Positions 38,179 to 50,869 of a DNA stretch of 64,000 bases are shown piece by piece (position 1 is the stretch's first letter; each line of letters opens with the position of its first letter). The stretch lies in contig NW_027362773.1 of the NCBI RefSeq assembly GCF_046119375.1, positions 187,550,001 to 187,614,000 of the forward strand, written 5' to 3'. Under the pieces are notes generated by a model. The model had not been told where the DNA came from. It ran no database searches and saw nothing but the letters and a program-made list of their open reading frames with translations. The stretch comes from Phyllobates terribilis. Its lineage: Eukaryota. Position numbers and translations under genes: made by a program.

Positions 38179-39361
38179 AAACCAAAAGTTTGGACACACC
38201 TTCTCATTTAAAGATTTTCCTGTATTTTCATGACTATGAAAATTGTACATTGACACTGAAGGCATCAAAACTATGAATTAACACATGTGGAATTATATAC
38301 TTAACAAAAAAGTGTGAAACAACTGAAAATATGTCTTATATTCTAGGTTCTTCAAAGTAGCCACCTTTTGCTTTGATGACTGCTTTGCACACTCTTGGCA
38401 TTCTCTTGATCAGCTTCAAGAGGTAGTCACCGGAAATGGTCTTCCAACAATCTTGAAGGAGTTCCCAGAGATGCTTAGCACTTGTTGGCCCTTTTGCCTT
38501 CACTCTGCGGTCCAGCTCACCCCAAACCATCTCGATTGGGTTCAGGTCTGGTGACTGTGGAGGCCAGGTCATCTGGCGTAGCACCCCATCACTCTCCTTC
38601 TTGGTCAAATAGCCCTTACACAGCCTGGAGGTGTGTTTGGGGTCATTGTCCTGTTGAAAAATAAATGATGGTCCAACTAAACGCAAACTGGATGGAATAG
38701 CATGCCGCTGCAAGGTGCTGTGGTAGCCATGCTGGTTCAGCATGCCTTCAATTTTGAATAAATCCCCAACAGTGTCACCAGCAAAGCACCCCCACACCAT
38801 CACACCTCCTCCTCCATGCTTCACGGTGGGAACCAGGCATGTAGAGTCCATCCGTTCACCTTTTCAACGTCGCACAAAGACACAGTGGCTGGAACCAAAG
38901 ATCTCAAATTTGGACTCATCAGACCAAAGCACAGATTTCCACTGGTCTAATGTCCATTCCTTGTGTTCTTTAGCCCAAACAAGTCTCTTCTGCTTGTTGC
39001 CTGTCCTTAGCAGTGGTTTCCTAGCAGCTATTTTACCATGAAGGCCGGCTGCACAAAGTCTCCTCTTAACAGTTGTTGTAGAGATGTGTCTGCTGCTAGA
39101 ACTCTGTGTGGCATTGACCTGGTCTGTAATCTGAGCTGCTGTTAACCTGCGATTTCTGAGGCTGGTGACTCGGATAAACTTATCCTCAGAAGCAGAGGTG
39201 ACTCTTGGTCTTCCTTTCCTGGGGCGGTCCTCATGTGAGCCAGTTTCTTTGTAGCGCTTGATGGTTTTTGCAACTGCACTTGGGGACACTTTCAAAGTTT
39301 TCCCAATTTTTCGGACTGATTGAACTTCATTTCTTAAAGTAATGATGGCCACTCGTTTTTC
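38173..39361 (-). mobile_element. Tc1 (family B), 5'-truncated, one nonsense codon
   Basis: ORFs 38864-39352 and 38336-38851 are in the same frame; TIR at 38173 next to (TA)n; same family as 30506-32076. Confidence 0.9.
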
Positions 39362-39870
39362 TTGTGTGTTGGGCGACGTCAGCGGTCGCGTGACCTGTCA
39401 CATGACTAAATGACGTCATGGAAGGTCCTTTTACACCATCGCGAGCCGCCGGGATTCCAGGACGCATCGCTATGGAGACCGGGGGCCATCAGAAGGTGAG
39501 TATAATGTATTTTTTTATTTTACATTCTTTTTTTTTACAGGTACTATGGTACTCGGGTCTGGAGGAGAGTCTCCTCTTCTCCAAACCCGGGTACCATCCG
39601 CTCATTGAATCGCTTAATATCCGCATGTGCACATGTAGTCATGCGGATATTAAGCGATTCAATGTAAGTCAATGGCGGCAAAAACGCCACGATTATGCAA
39701 AATAATTGGTAGTGCTGCGGATTTTTCCGCAATGATAATCCGCAGCAGAAATTTCCGCAGCATGTGCCATGGGAACATGGCAGGCCTTCTACCAAGCGTT
39801 TTTTAAGCGTTTCTGCGGCAGAATTGCTACTGCGAAAACGATAAAAAAACGCGTAGTGGGCACACAGCCT

Positions 39871-41219
39871 AAATTTGAATAATTAACAAAAAACACCTGG
39901 AAAAACTTCCTAAGCGTTTATAAAGGTCCCTTGGTCTGTTTCAGTAGGCTCCACAAACATGGGGAAGACTGCTGACTTGACAGATGTCCAGAAGGCAGTC
40001 ATTGACACACTCTATAAGGAAGGTAAGCTACAAAAGGTCATTGCTAAAGAAGCTGGCTGTTCACAGAGTGCTGTATCCAAGTATATTAATGGAAAGTTGA
40101 GTGGAAGGAAAAAGTGTGGTAGGAAAAGGTGCAGAAGCAACCGGGGTAATCGCAGCCTTGAAAGGATTGTTAAGAAAAGGCCATTCAAAAATTTGGAGGA
40201 GATCCACAAGGAGTGGACTGCTGCTGGAGTCATTGCTTCAAGAGCCACCACACACAGACGTATCCAGGACATGGGCTACAAGTGTCGCATTCCTTGTGTC
40301 AAGCCACTCATGACCAATAGACAACGCCAGAAGCGTCTTACCTGGGCCAAGGAGAAAAAGACCTGTGGTCCAAAGTGTTATCAGATGAAAGTAAATTCTG
40401 AATTTCATTTGGAAATCAAGGTCCCAGAGTCTGGAGGAAGAGTGGAGAGGCCACAATCCAAGCTGCTTGAGGTCTAGTGTGAAGTTTCCACAATCAGTGA
40501 TGGTTTGGGGAGCCATGTCATCTGCTGGTGTAGGTCCACTGTGTTTTATCAGGACCAAAGTCAGCGCAGCCATCTACCAGGAAATTTTAGAGCACTTCAT
40601 GCTTCCCTCTGCCGACAAGCTTTTTGGAGATGGAAATTTCATTCTCCAGCAGGACTTGGCCCCTGTCCACACTGCCAAAAGTACCAATACCTGGTGTAAA
40701 AACAACACTATCACTGTGCTTGATTGGCCAGCAAACTCGCCTCACCTCAACCCCATAGAGAATCTATGGGGTATTGTCAAGAGGAAGATGAGAGACACCA
40801 GACCCAACAATGCAGATGAGCTGAAGGCTGCTATCAAAGCAACCTGGGCTTCCATAACACCTCAGAAGTGCCACAGGCTGATCGCCTCCATGCCACGCCG
40901 CATTGATGCAGTAATTGATGCAAAAGGAGCCCTGACCAAGTATTGAGGGCATTTACTGACCATACATTTCAGTAGGACAACATTTCGGATTTTAAAATCA
41001 TTTTTCAAGCTGGTATTATAAAGTATTCTAATTTACTGAGATAATGACTTTTGTGTTTTCATTGTCTGTAAGCCATAATCATCAACATTAACAGAAATAA
41101 ATACATGAAATAGATCACTCTGTTTGTAATAACTATATAATATATGAGCTTCACTTTTTGTATTGAAGAACTGAAATAAATTAAATATTTGAGGATATTC
41201 TAATTTTGCGAGAAGCACC

Positions 41220-41221
<2 letters not shown>
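39871..41221 (+). mobile_element. Degenerate Tc1 (family C), left TIR missing
   Basis: MGKTADLTDVQKAVIDTL (39959) and the DDE half (40467-40946) are frameshifted; right TIR ...GAGAAGCACCTG. Confidence 0.88.
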
Positions 41222-41254
<33 letters not shown>

Positions 41255-42699
41255 TCCATGAGTTGGAATCGGAGGTGTATATACCATACACTCACTGTGA
41301 GTTCCCCAATAACCGGCCTAGAAGTGGAAGCAGCTGGGCCGCATCCATCATTCGTCACTCAATTGCGTAATTGTCCTAACAATTGGAGGCAGCGGAGTTG
41401 CGTCCCCTGACAGTGTGAATAATCCATGAGCCAAAGTGAGAACTTCCAATCAGGGGGCAACCAGCTCTGAATACAATGGGGCATCCATTTGGTAAATATG
41501 CAGTCCATTTTTGTAAGGGGTAAGGGTGTAATTTCACTTATCGCTGCTTATTTCAGAATTCAAGCCAGCCTCTTTCTCTATACATACAGTTCTTTTCATG
41601 TGTTTACACAGGACACAAATCTAGACTCTGTACCGGAGATTGTACCTAGAGATAGCGCTACATTTAAGAAAGAAGCTAAACTATTAAATAATATATGGCA
41701 TTAACAAAATCACTTTTATCTGACAACCTAACTGAGAATATCAATCTCTCATGTTGACAACTTCTATATTCTGGATGGCAACATAAAAAATATAGCTCGC
41801 TCCTAACTTAAATGGACACCGAAACGTCTAGAGGGCACGTGTTCAGTATGGAGTATAATACATCCCTTCAGTAGAGCCACTGGAGGACACATACAGAAGA
41901 GGGCCCCTGTGCAAGCCCATTGCAGTCCAATAGATCATCATAATAAACCATTCCACCTGCTTTGGGGGTGGTAGTAGCCCCCTTACGTCTTGGGTCCCTG
42001 TGCAGCTACACACGTTGCCCCAATGATATGTCCTGAGTAGGGCAATGTGAATAATATCGTGGTGTATACTGAAGGTAGGGCGGCCAGGCTTGTGTATTCC
42101 GGGTGCACACTGGTTAGCGACCTTCTCCTCAATCTGCTGTCTTCAGCAAAAGGTGAAATTGCATAATCATCTTCTGCAAACTTCGAAAGCTGTTTTTTTT
42201 TTTTTTATCTTATACACTTTATACTAATGTAGGTAAAATTTGAGGAAACAGTCATCCATACAGCTGACACGGCTTTTTTAAAAGAGCGTAACATATACTT
42301 GCATTGTCCTCTCCTGACGCATACATTGAGCGTAGCAACAATCAGCTAGCAAATCCTTATTGGAAAAAAGTGCATATTGTGATATATGTATTTTTTTGGG
42401 GGTGTCCCCCCATTATAAAGCTTTGATGGCCACGCTTTTCAGTACAGTGGGAAACACTCATACACACCGCCTGGACATATACCAAAAGGACAAAGGGATA
42501 TACATCATGAGCTCCGGGTGTGTATAGGCTACTTTCCATTCATTTTAGATAGTTATTGGTTGTCAGCTATTCCTCCCACCCTCCCCTTGCACATGCATTC
42601 TCAGCCTTGCCGTGCGTGCATGTGTTCTCAGTGGGGAGAGGGGAATAACTTTCTGTCAACCAAGAGTCTGATTTATGGGTTTAAAAATGCACGTACCTA

Positions 42700-45600
42700 A
42701 GACTGCAAATCCCATCCCAACCATGGGATTAGAAATGCACCCTCAAATCCCAAACATGGGTCTGAACCATGGCCTTAAAATGCACCTGCATTATGGCTGC
42801 AAATCCCAAGCCAATCAAGGGTCCCACCATAGGTGCAGAAATTAACATGCATTATGTCTGCAAGTTCCAGTCCAACCATGGGCATAGAAATGCACCTGCA
42901 TAATGGCCTTAAATGCCACCATAACTGTGGGTCTGGAGCATGGTCTTACAACTGCACCAGCATACTGACTGCAAATCTCAGCCCAAACATGGATCTGAAC
43001 CATGGGCTTAGAATTGCACTTGAATTATGACTGAAAACCTCATGCCAACCATAGGTGTAGAAATGCACCTGCATTGTGGAAACAAAAATAACTGTCCAAC
43101 AATAGTTCCGACAATTATGGCCACAAATACCCATCCAATCATGGGCTTAGAAATGCACATGCATTATGGCTGCAAGTCGCAGTCTATCAATGGTCCTAAC
43201 CATGGATGCCGAAATGCACCTACATGAGGGCCATAAATCCCAGCCTAACTGTAACCATCAGTCAGGAGCATGGACACCTGTATTATGGCTGAAAATCCCA
43301 GCACAATCAAGGGTACAACCAAGGGTGCCGAAACTCACCTGTATTATGGCTGAAAATTCCAGCACAATCAAGGGTACAACCATGGGTGCCGAAACGCACA
43401 TGTATTATGGCTGAAAATCCCAGCACAATCAAGGGCACAACCAAGGGTGCCGAAACTCACCTGTATTATGGCTGAAAATCCCAGCATAATCAAGGGCACA
43501 ACCATGGGTGCCGAAACTCACCTGTATTATGGCTGAAAATTCCAGCACAATCAAGGGTACAACCAAGGGTGCCGAAACTCACCTGTATTATGGCTGAAAA
43601 TCCCAGCACAATCAAGGGTACAACCATGGGTGCAGAAATGCACATGTATTATGGCTGAAAATCCCAGCACAATCAAGGGTACAACCATGGGTGCAAACAC
43701 GCACATTTATTATGGCTGAAAATCCCAGCACAATCAAGGGTACAACCATGAGTGCCGAAACTCACCTGTATTATGGATGAAAATCCCAGCACAATCAAGG
43801 GTACAACCATGGGTGCAAAAACGCACATGTATTATGGCTGAAAATCCCAGCACAATCAAGGGCACAACCATGGGTGCAGAAACGCACATTTATTATGGCT
43901 GAAAATCCCAGCACAATCAAGGGTACAACCATGAGTGCCGAAACTCACCTGTATTATGGATGAAAATCCCAGCACAATCAAGGGTACAACCATGGGTGCA
44001 AAAACGCACATTTATTATGGCTGAAAATCCCAGCACAATCAAGGGCACAACCATGGGTGCCGAAACTCACATTTATTATGGCTGAAAATCCCAGCACAAT
44101 CAAGGGCACAACCATGGGTGCCGAAACTCACCTGTATTATGGCTGAAAATCCCAGCATAATCAAGGGCACAACCATGGGTGCAGAAATGCACATGTATTA
44201 TGGCTGAAAATCCCAGCACAATCAAGGGTACAACCATGGGTGCAAAAACGCACATTTATTATGGCTGAAAATCCCAGCACAATCAAGGGTACAACCATGG
44301 GTGCAAAAACGCACATTTATTATGGCTGAAAATCCCAGCACAATCAAGGGTACAACCATGAGTGCCGAAACTCACCAGTATTATGGCTGAAAATCCCAGC
44401 ACAATCAAGGGTACAACCATGAGTGCCGAAACTCACCAGTATTATGGCTGAAAATCCCAGCACAATCAAGGGTGCAAAAACGCACATTTATTATGGCTGA
44501 AAACCCAGCACAATCAAGGGTACAACCATGGGTGCAAAAACGCACATTTATTATGGCTGAAAATCCCAGCACAATCAAGGGTACAACCATGGGTGCAAAA
44601 ACGCACATTTATTATGGCTGAAAATCCCAGCACAATCAAGGGTACAACCATGGGTGCCGAAACTCACATTTATTATGGCTGAAAATCCCAGCACAATCAA
44701 GGGTACAACCATGGGTGCAAAAACGCACATGTATTATGCCTGCACGGACACGAGCTATGAAGACAAGGTATGTAGAAGTGCATCTACATATTAGCTGCAA
44801 GTCCCAGCCTAAACATGGATCTGAACCATAGGCTTAGAAATGTACTTGCATTATGGCCGCAAATCTCAACCCAACCATGTGTCCAACCGTAGGTGCAGAA
44901 ATTCACCTGCATTCTGGAAACTAAAAGATCTGCCCAACAATAGGTCCAACCACACATGCAGAAATGCACCTGCCTTATGACCACAAATCCCAGCACATCC
45001 ATGGGTCCAACCATGGGCTTAGAATTGCACTGGCATTATGGCTGTAAGCAGGGCTGTGAAGTCAGTAAGCCAAACCTCTGACTCCTCAATTTCCATGACA
45101 CCGACTCCAACTTTGTGTTACGATCTGCAACATGTACTAAGGAAAGATAGGGGAAAACTGTCCCTACAGTAAGACTAAGTTGAATCCCTACGATGTAGCG
45201 GGCTGACTGTTCCTAGTGAACAGACCTGCCTTAGTCCTCGGCTAGTCTGAACGAAGACCTATAGAATTAAGGGAGGGGTCCCTAAAAGGACTAAGGACTG
45301 GGACAAAAATGGGACACCTCCTAAACAGAGAAGTTGTTGCAGAACACAAAGACAAACAGACAAAAAAGTACTAGAGGTCCCAGAAGGACCAAACGAACTG
45401 ACAGATAAAGGCACAGAAGCACCTGGCTAGAGAATCAGTCGAACACTGAAGTCCAGCACAGCCACAAGGGCGGAGCAGGAATATAAAGGCAGATGGTCAC
45501 ATGACCGCAAAACAGAAGATGGAAAAAAACAAACAGGAGGGTTCTAACACTTCTACTCTGACTCCACGACTCCGACTCCCTCATACACGGCTCATGTTTA

Positions 45601-45970
45601 AGAGATAAATTTACTGTAGCACAGATTCATCTCAGCTAAAAGTCTAGACCCTTAGATCAGGAATAGGACAGATATTTATAGGACATTTCATAACGTTCCC
45701 AAATTCATATGGAAAAATATTCCCCACAAACTGCATTGAACTACTCTACCCAATTTATTATATATTTTGGAAGTCGGAGTTGGTCTATTTTATACCGATT
45801 CCGACTCCACCAAAATGGGCTCCAACTCTGACTCCACGACCCTCGCCGTAAGTCCCATGGCCTAACCATGGGCGTAGAAATGCATCTGCAAAATGGCCAC
45901 AAATCGCAGCCTAACCGAAGGTCTGAACCACGGGGTTAGAAATGCACCTGTATTATGGCTGCAAGCCCAT
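42700..45970. repeat. 61-bp satellite array: homogeneous core at about 43280-44745, degenerate flanks
   Basis: TATTATGGCTGAAAATCCCAGCACAATCAAGGGTACAACCATGGGTGC..AAAC.CAC.T; period 61 (43281 to 43342). Confidence 0.95.
45049..45844. mobile_element. hAT-type MITE inserted in the satellite, itself containing a probable solo LTR (45116-45549)
   Basis: CAGGGCTGTG...CACGACCCTC termini; 8-bp TSD GCTGTAAG / GCCGTAAG; inner TGTTAC...CTAACA with degenerate 5-bp flanks CTTTG / CTTCT. Confidence 0.7.
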
Positions 45971-48063
45971 CCATGGACACCAGTATTACTTTTTTTGTAA
46001 AATTTGCAGATCTCAGCTTTTCACTGACCCTGAATTTCACATATCTACCCTGAGCTAGCTTCTCTTCCTCCCCTCTCTCCCTTTTCCCCCACTTAAGTCA
46101 TATTTGTGAACCACCTTCTTAGCCAAGGAGTGAACCAGTTTTTGCAATGGAATTGTTTGTTGGTGAAGAATGAAAAACTTGTGGCTCTAGATGATCAGGT
46201 TTCTTCAGGCTCGCTTCTCTACCGCAGAACGCTGTCTATAAGTAGAAGACGGTAAATTACGAGTTAAAGTTTGCAGTGCGCCATCACACAAGGAAGTCTC
46301 TCCGTTAAATACCTAGAATCAGCCTGTGTCATCTCACGACCTAAATTACCTAGTATTTACCTTGTATTCGAAACCACAGCTACTATTCACCACCACTACT
46401 ACACCGGACATGTTTGCTTAACAACATCATACATTAGATAACAACATATGTGCATGGCGTGGTAAATATGGCAGGGGGTATTCAAAGCAAAAACAAGTCC
46501 ATCATGTAGAAGAGTATTTCTGTGTCACTCATCAATCAGTTCTTGTTACTTGCCGCCAATGGAGGACAAGCCGGGTGATCAGTGTCAATGTATGATTCTC
46601 AAAGGGCCCTCAAAGTAAGCAATACCAATGTCTACCATGTCTGGATCTAAGATATCTCTTCAAAGGAAGACCATGCCAAGCCATGAAAAACAGTCCAGGA
46701 CCGTATCTCCAAAGTTCATGGACATCAGAACTTCAGATGATATTGAGAGAGAAAGATCAGCCAATCGGAATTTCAATACTTGATTGTTTTTGTTTTCATG
46801 GTACAAAAGTGGCTATAAGAAGTGTTACGCAGCGGATTTCTTCTCTCTCTCGGCTTAAAACACATAAGCCACCGGTTCACTTATAAGATTCGAGAGAGAT
46901 AGTTGTCTTCTGAACGGAAGTTCAACTAGCAGCTATCTCATCTGTATGGCCAACTTAAAGGGGCTCTATCACTTGTCATAAATGTGTATTTTTTTAAACA
47001 GGTGTAAATGCCTCTGTTCTGCTGAATCCGGCGCTGTTTTTCTTTTGTTCCTGTGCCTTTCCATTCTTGAGATATGACCCCCTCTTCTCTGTATATAAAG
47101 CTAGTAATTTCTCAAAGTGGGTGTGGTTACTGTGAAGACTACCACAGAGAAGAGTTCAAGACCACGCCCCCTTCTGATAAAAAAGACTAGATTTATATAC
47201 AGGGAAGAGAGGACCATATCTCCTGAACAGAGAGGTGCAGGAAAAAAAGAAAAACTACGCTGGATTCAGGAGAATAGCGGCATTTATACCTGATTAAAAA
47301 AATTACACATTTGTAACAATTGTTACACATTTTTTTGTTACAAGTGACAGTGTCATATTTATTGACTGCTAGATTACTATCTTCTAAATCTAAGACATAA
47401 CTGTAAGCTTAGCCTTAATGGGGTATTCCCATCTCCAAGATCCTATCCAAATATGTAGTAGGTGTAATAATAATAATACTAGCAAATACCTCCTAATAGA
47501 AATGTAATATAGTTTTTCTGATTAACTATGTTGCTTACCCTATGTGCAGGGCATTGCAGTAGCTTAGGTATCCATGGTTAGAACCACTAACAATTAACTA
47601 ACTGTCACTAAATGAGAGGTCATAACCATGGATACGTAAGCTACTGCAATGCCCTGCACATGGGATAAGTGACATAGCTAATCAGAAGAACTATATTACA
47701 TTTCTGTTAAGAGGTATTTGCTAGCATTATTATTATTATTACATCTACTAATATTGGCATAGGATCTTGGAGATGGGAATTCCCCTGTAGCTTAAGGCAT
47801 ATACTGTATGTATTGTGACATATGATATCTTACGGGAAGACACACCTGCACTCAGGGAGTGGTTGTGCTTCTGGGAATTCTCCTAATCAGTTGTAATGGG
47901 AGGATCTGCAACGGAGGAAATGAATGTCTATGCAAGGAGTGCCGGTCGTATATACAGTAGTAGGTTTAAAATTTGCCATACAGAAGAGATGGCTGTCTCT
48001 CCTGACTATTCCATGTGTTTTCAACACGGAGAGAGGACAAAGCTGACGCCAGGCTTCTCTTTG

Positions 48064-48320
48064 GGTGGCTCAGTGGTTAGCACTGTATCTTTGCAGTGCT
48101 GGGGTCCTGGGTTCAAATCCCAGCATAGACAACATCTGCAAGGAGTTTGTATGTTCTCCCAGTGTTTGCGTGGATTTCCTCCGGATTTTCCAGTTTCCTC
48201 CCACGCTCCAAAGACATACTGATAGGGAATGTAGATTGTGAGCCCCGATGGGGACAGTGATGATGATATCTGTAAAGCTCTGAATTAATGGCACTATATA
48301 AGTGACTAAACAAACAAAAA
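48064..48320 (+). mobile_element. tRNA-derived SINE (V-SINE-like)
   Basis: Pol III A box GGTGGCTCAGTGG, B box GGTTCAAATCC, core TGTATGTTCTCCC.GTGTTTGCGTGG.TTTCCTCCGG, A-rich tail. Confidence 0.75.
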
Positions 48321-49160
48321 GATTCCCAATCCTTCTCTCCTCCGACAGATGAGTCGGGAGGCCCCTTTAAATTATTACGGTCCCTTCACTGCCGCATCTC
48401 ATTCACATCGCAGATTATCAAAATATCACCCACGTGCACCTGAGGAATCGCCAGCCTTATCATTGACGTTTCGCCCACATCGACGTCACCTCTGGAGCCA
48501 ATGATTTGCTGGAACCTTGATTATAGTAAATATTTTTTTTAACTTCATGAAACATTTGGCCTTTTTCAATTGCATTATCTACACAATGAACTATTAAGTC
48601 TGCACAACTATTCTGCAAACATGAAATTCCTGTAAAATGACTCAGGTTAATACTCAAAAGAACACGAGGTGCAGAAAATAAAGTGCAATGTCATGGTACA
48701 AATACCCAACAACAGTGCAAGTACCCGAAGGTAAAAGGAAAAGGAGCAACTCCTTAGAAACACAAACAAATGCACAAAAAGAATAAATAATTATGTACAT
48801 TTTATGCTAAATTCTAGTCTGTTCCAAACTGTCAACAATACCCATAAGTGTTCCTATTAAAGAGATTGTATGGGGTTAGAAAAACATGGCTTCATCTCAA
48901 AACAGCATCACACTTGTCGACAGGCTGTATTGCATCTCAGCCACAAGATGCAATGCCAGACACAACCTGTGGACAAGGGTGGTGCTGTTTTCAAAAGAAA
49001 GTTTGTTTTTCCAGTCCTGTGCAACCCCTTTAAAAAGCTTTTTTATTTCTAATACTAAATGCAGGAAAAATGAGTCTTGGCATTTTCTTCTTCGGTATTG
49101 GGGGACAATCTTCTACAAAGTCATAACACTACTTGCTGACAGGTTCCTTTTACGCTCTAA

Positions 49161-50291
49161 GGGCTCATTCACACGTCCATTTTTTGTATACGAGTGCCAT
49201 CTGTGTTCTTCACAGAAAAGTCTCGTACCTATAATAGTGAATGGGGTCATTCGCATGTCCATGAATGACGCCAAGTGGTCCGTGCAAAATTGAGAAGACA
49301 TGTTCAATTTTGATCCGGGTGTCAGATTAAAATCGGCAATACAAGTCTATGAGTCAATGAAAAATATCAGACAGCACTCGGGTGCCATCCGTGTGTTGTC
49401 CAATTTTCACAGACTGATAAGTAAGAGAAGATGGGAAAAGTTTTTTTATGTAAAAGAAAAACTGATGAAACTGGAACCAAACTATGCTAAAACTCTGATA
49501 AGGCTCTGACAAAACTGTGATAAAGCTCTCATACAACTTTGATAAAGCTCTTAAAAAGCTATGATAACACGCTGATAAAACTCTGACAACGCTGTGATAA
49601 AACTCTGATAAAATTCTGATAACGCTCTGATAAAGCTCCGATAAAGCTCTGATAACGCGCTGATAAAGCTTTGATAAAGCTCCGATAACGTGCTGATAAA
49701 GCTTTGATAAAGCTCTGATAAAGAGCCAATAAAGCTCTGATAAAGCTCTGATAAAGCTCCAATAAAGTTTTGATAAAGCTCCGATAAAGCTCTGATAAAA
49801 CTTTGATAAAGCTTTGACAAGGTTCCGATAAAGCTCTGATAAAGCTTTGATAAAGCTCTGATAAAGCTCAGATAAAGCTCTGATAAAGCTCCAATAAAGT
49901 TTTGATAAAGCTCCGACAAAGCTCCAATAAAGTTTTGATAAAGCTCCGATAAAGCTCTGATGAAGCTCCAATAAAGTTTTGATAAAGCTCAGATTAAGCT
50001 CTGATAAAACTTTGATAAAGCTCTGACAAGGTTCCGATAAAGCTCTGATAAAGCTCCGATAAAGATCCAATAAAGTTTTGATAAAGCTCCGACAAAGCTC
50101 CGATAAAGCTCTGATGAAGCTCCGATAAAGTTTTGATAAAGCTCCGATAAATCTCCGATAAAGCTCTGATAAAGCTCCGATAAAGCTCTGATAAAGTTTT
50201 GATAAATCTCCGATAAAACGCTGACTGAAATCACTGATGAAACTCAGGTAGTTTTTCTAGTTCGTGAAAAAACTAACGTGTGAATGAGGCC
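49161..50291. mobile_element. PIF/Harbinger-type MITE expanded by an 11-bp tandem repeat
   Basis: GGCTCATTCACACGT / ACGTGTGAATGAGGCC termini with TAA/TTA flanks; GATAAAGCTC(T/C) repeats at about 49490-50220. Confidence 0.7.
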
Positions 50292-50869
50292 TTATGCTGA
50301 AAATATAAAGTGATGATGGAGAATTTAGACGGGAATATCTAATGTTTTGTTGTGGCAGATATAAGCAGCTGTCTGACAACTCCCCTGTGTTTATCCAGCT
50401 TTGTGCTTCAGCCTCTGCTGCCGCTGGTTCAGGGCCGGAGAGTTTCGGTCTGGTCCTCCCTTGCACCCCTGACAATGTGACCTGTGAGCACCGGCTGTCA
50501 CACATATAATAACACTTACGCCAGGTCCTGCCCTGCCCAGATTCCTGGTGCAGGTCTCCATACTTGGTGCTGAGCATGGCTCCTCACACATGAATGGCCG
50601 GTCAGGGTGACATTATGGTCCCTGTAGTCTATGCCTCTAGTGCAGGTGAACACGTTACGTCTTCAGGTCCGGGGTTTCGTCTCGTCTATCGTACTAAGAC
50701 GTAAACGCTGCAAGCACCACCTAACGAGAGCGCCCCCCCCTGGTCAGCGTCCTGACCCCGCCACCATTACAGCCCTTGACACAATGACCAAACTTCCATT
50801 ATTTACCTCTCTTCCCAAATCCAGCAGAATGTCAGCTCTTCCGAAATCTGGTGCAGCTCACACCCCGGG

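Noticed and set aside
42060-42195. Minus-strand open stretch considered as an extra TRADD exon
   Set aside because: No pyrimidine tract at the acceptor, no TRADD similarity, and the TRADD CDS is complete without it.
43280-44745. Regular ~61-bp periodicity resembling a CRISPR array
   Set aside because: Eukaryotic context, whole units repeat with no unique spacers, and no cas genes.
48430-48490. CTGAGGA and GACGTTTCG motifs suggesting a third hammerhead
   Set aside because: The core halves are on opposite strands and cannot be assembled with stems.
49354-50234. Leucine-periodic ORFs (ALSELYQSFI repeats) resembling a coiled coil or LRR
   Set aside because: Translation of an 11-bp tandem repeat inside a Harbinger-type MITE.
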